Below, piece by piece: positions 62,740-64,000 of a DNA stretch of 64,000 bases; the stretch's first letter is position 1, and each line of letters begins with the position of its first letter. Position numbers and translations under genes: made by a program. The stretch covers positions 1 through 64,000 of the forward strand of contig MU626285.1 in the NCBI GenBank assembly GCA_025603075.1. The letters are read 5' to 3'. The notes beneath the pieces are model-generated. The model searched no databases. It was not told the origin of the DNA and saw nothing but the letters and a program-made list of their open reading frames with translations. The stretch comes from Neoconidiobolus thromboides FSU 785 (lineage: Eukaryota; Fungi; Entomophthoromycota).

Positions 62740-62842
62740 ATATGGGAGTGTTTTTGGCTTCATCGCTTTTTCCATCTTTTAAGCGCTATTTGAGTGGAAG
62801 AATTGTTAGTAAGATTCTTAAACATAAAAATATATCCCTATA
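62740..62842 (-). mobile_element. MITE copy
   Basis: atat|gggagtg...taagcgctatttgagtgg...tatatccct|atat. Confidence 0.85.
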
Positions 62843-63474
62843 TATTAAAAACTCAAATTAAAAAATTATTTAATATATTTATATCATTGAAACTTATAAA
62901 AAGCAGAGACAGGTATTATCTATATACGAGGAAGTATAGAGGTTAATTTGACAAACGCAAAGCCTCTTTAAATTCAACTGCTAATAGCCGCAAATATATT
63001 TTTTCAGTAATAAGTTTTATATTTAAGAATTAATATCAAAATGAGAAGAACGGGAATGGTAGATATAAAGCGCTGATATTTAAGGTTCTATTTAATATAT
63101 GAAAAGCTGGTTTAAATATAAAGAATGACGGAAGATGAACTATTGAGTTAAATTTAAGCGTATTGTTATCAAACTTTATTTTATTTTTAGTTTTTAATTA
63201 ATTAATCTTTTAAAAATAAATTCAATATATTAAATCTTCTTTGTTGCTTTTTGTGTGGGTTTTGAGTGGCATTTTTCTAAAACCTAAAATGAATAAAAAA
63301 TAATTAAAAGCTGCAGTATTAATTAAACTAAGGGTTTACAATTCGATCAAAAAAAGTTAATAGTTACTTCTTTTATACATTAAAATTAGGTTTATTATTA
63401 ATTTTTTAATTAGAATATAAGAATTTATAACTCGTTTTAATAGCAATATTAAAACAACTTATAAAATGATATTT

Positions 63475-64000
63475 TTATAAATAGTTAAAACTTTGATGTT
63501 TGGGTAGCTGTTGGCATAAAGCCAAGAAATGGTTATTGGTAGCATTACGTCTACAACGTTTAGAAACTAAATGTCTTTTATAAATATCCGACCTATAGAA
63601 TGATTTATCACAGTCCTTGCAGTGATATGGCCTTAAATTAATATGTGTCAACACATGTCTTCTCATTGAATTTTTCCTTGAGAATTCCAACCCACACACT
63701 GGGCATTCGTGGCATCCTATCGATTTCATGCATCCTTCCTTTGTGCACCCAGTTTTCCCTCCGCATTCGCATTTATTAGTAGGACAGCGTTTGGCTTTCA
63801 ATGCCCTTGAGCTTGGAGTTTTATTAATTAAAGGTTCAATGGCATTAATATTGTTATTAATATCGGTAACATTGTTATTGTCTGAAATTTCTTTTGGGCT
63901 ACTTGGTAGAGATTCCCATTGGCTAAATTCAATACTTGTTGGTGATGAAAACGGAATTGGGTTTAAATATCTTAATACATCTCCAGTACTTGAATTATGA
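63475..64000 (-). CDS. C2H2 zinc-finger transcription factor, 5' end outside the window
   Basis: Frame is open from the window edge. HECPVCGLEFSRKNSMRRHVLTH-INLRPY-HCKDCDKSFYRSDIYKRH gives two fingers, preceded by a Cys-rich segment. Confidence 0.85.
   Translation of the reverse strand, partial: HNSSTGDVLRYLNPIPFSSPTSIEFSQWESLPSSPKEISDNNNVTDINNNINAIEPLINKTPSSRALKAKRCPTNKCECGGKTGCTKEGCMKSIGCHECPVCGLEFSRKNSMRRHVLTHINLRPYHCKDCDKSFYRSDIYKRHLVSKRCRRNATNNHFLALCQQLPKHQSFNYL

Overview
Very AT-rich eukaryotic DNA with short GT-AG introns. The gene set (Zn2Cys6 factor, GH17 glucanases, MATA-type HMG box, class I aldolase) points to an early-diverging fungus, possibly Entomophthorales/Zoopagomycota-like; this is inference only. 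I can support about 20 protein genes: NmrA-like reductase, PP2C, a single-TM protein, a THUMP tRNA methyltransferase, RanBP9/Gid1, arylamine N-acetyltransferase, glycogen phosphorylase, a C8orf82-like protein, a Zn2Cys6 TF, an HMG TF, a voltage-sensor-like 4TM protein, two GH17 enzymes, a PH protein, class I FBA, a hypothetical protein, mitochondrial LysRS, a ~2135-aa C1-domain protein, a DDT/WHIM-PHD protein and a C2H2 TF. There is also one tRNA-Asp(GUC). The most striking non-genic signal is a ~98-bp non-coding element (GGGGATGT...ACATCCCC) present in about 26 copies, all intergenic and clustered. It is flanked by 4-bp direct repeats of pattern AWWT (mostly ATAT, also AAAT/AAAT and ATTT/ATTT), which suggests a Sola1-like MITE family. 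Copies nest into or abut one another, and one inverted pair shares a perfect 76-bp arm inside a larger decayed fold-back. No transposase, CRISPR array or rRNA was found. Exon boundaries and repeat coordinates were read by eye and may be off by a few bases.
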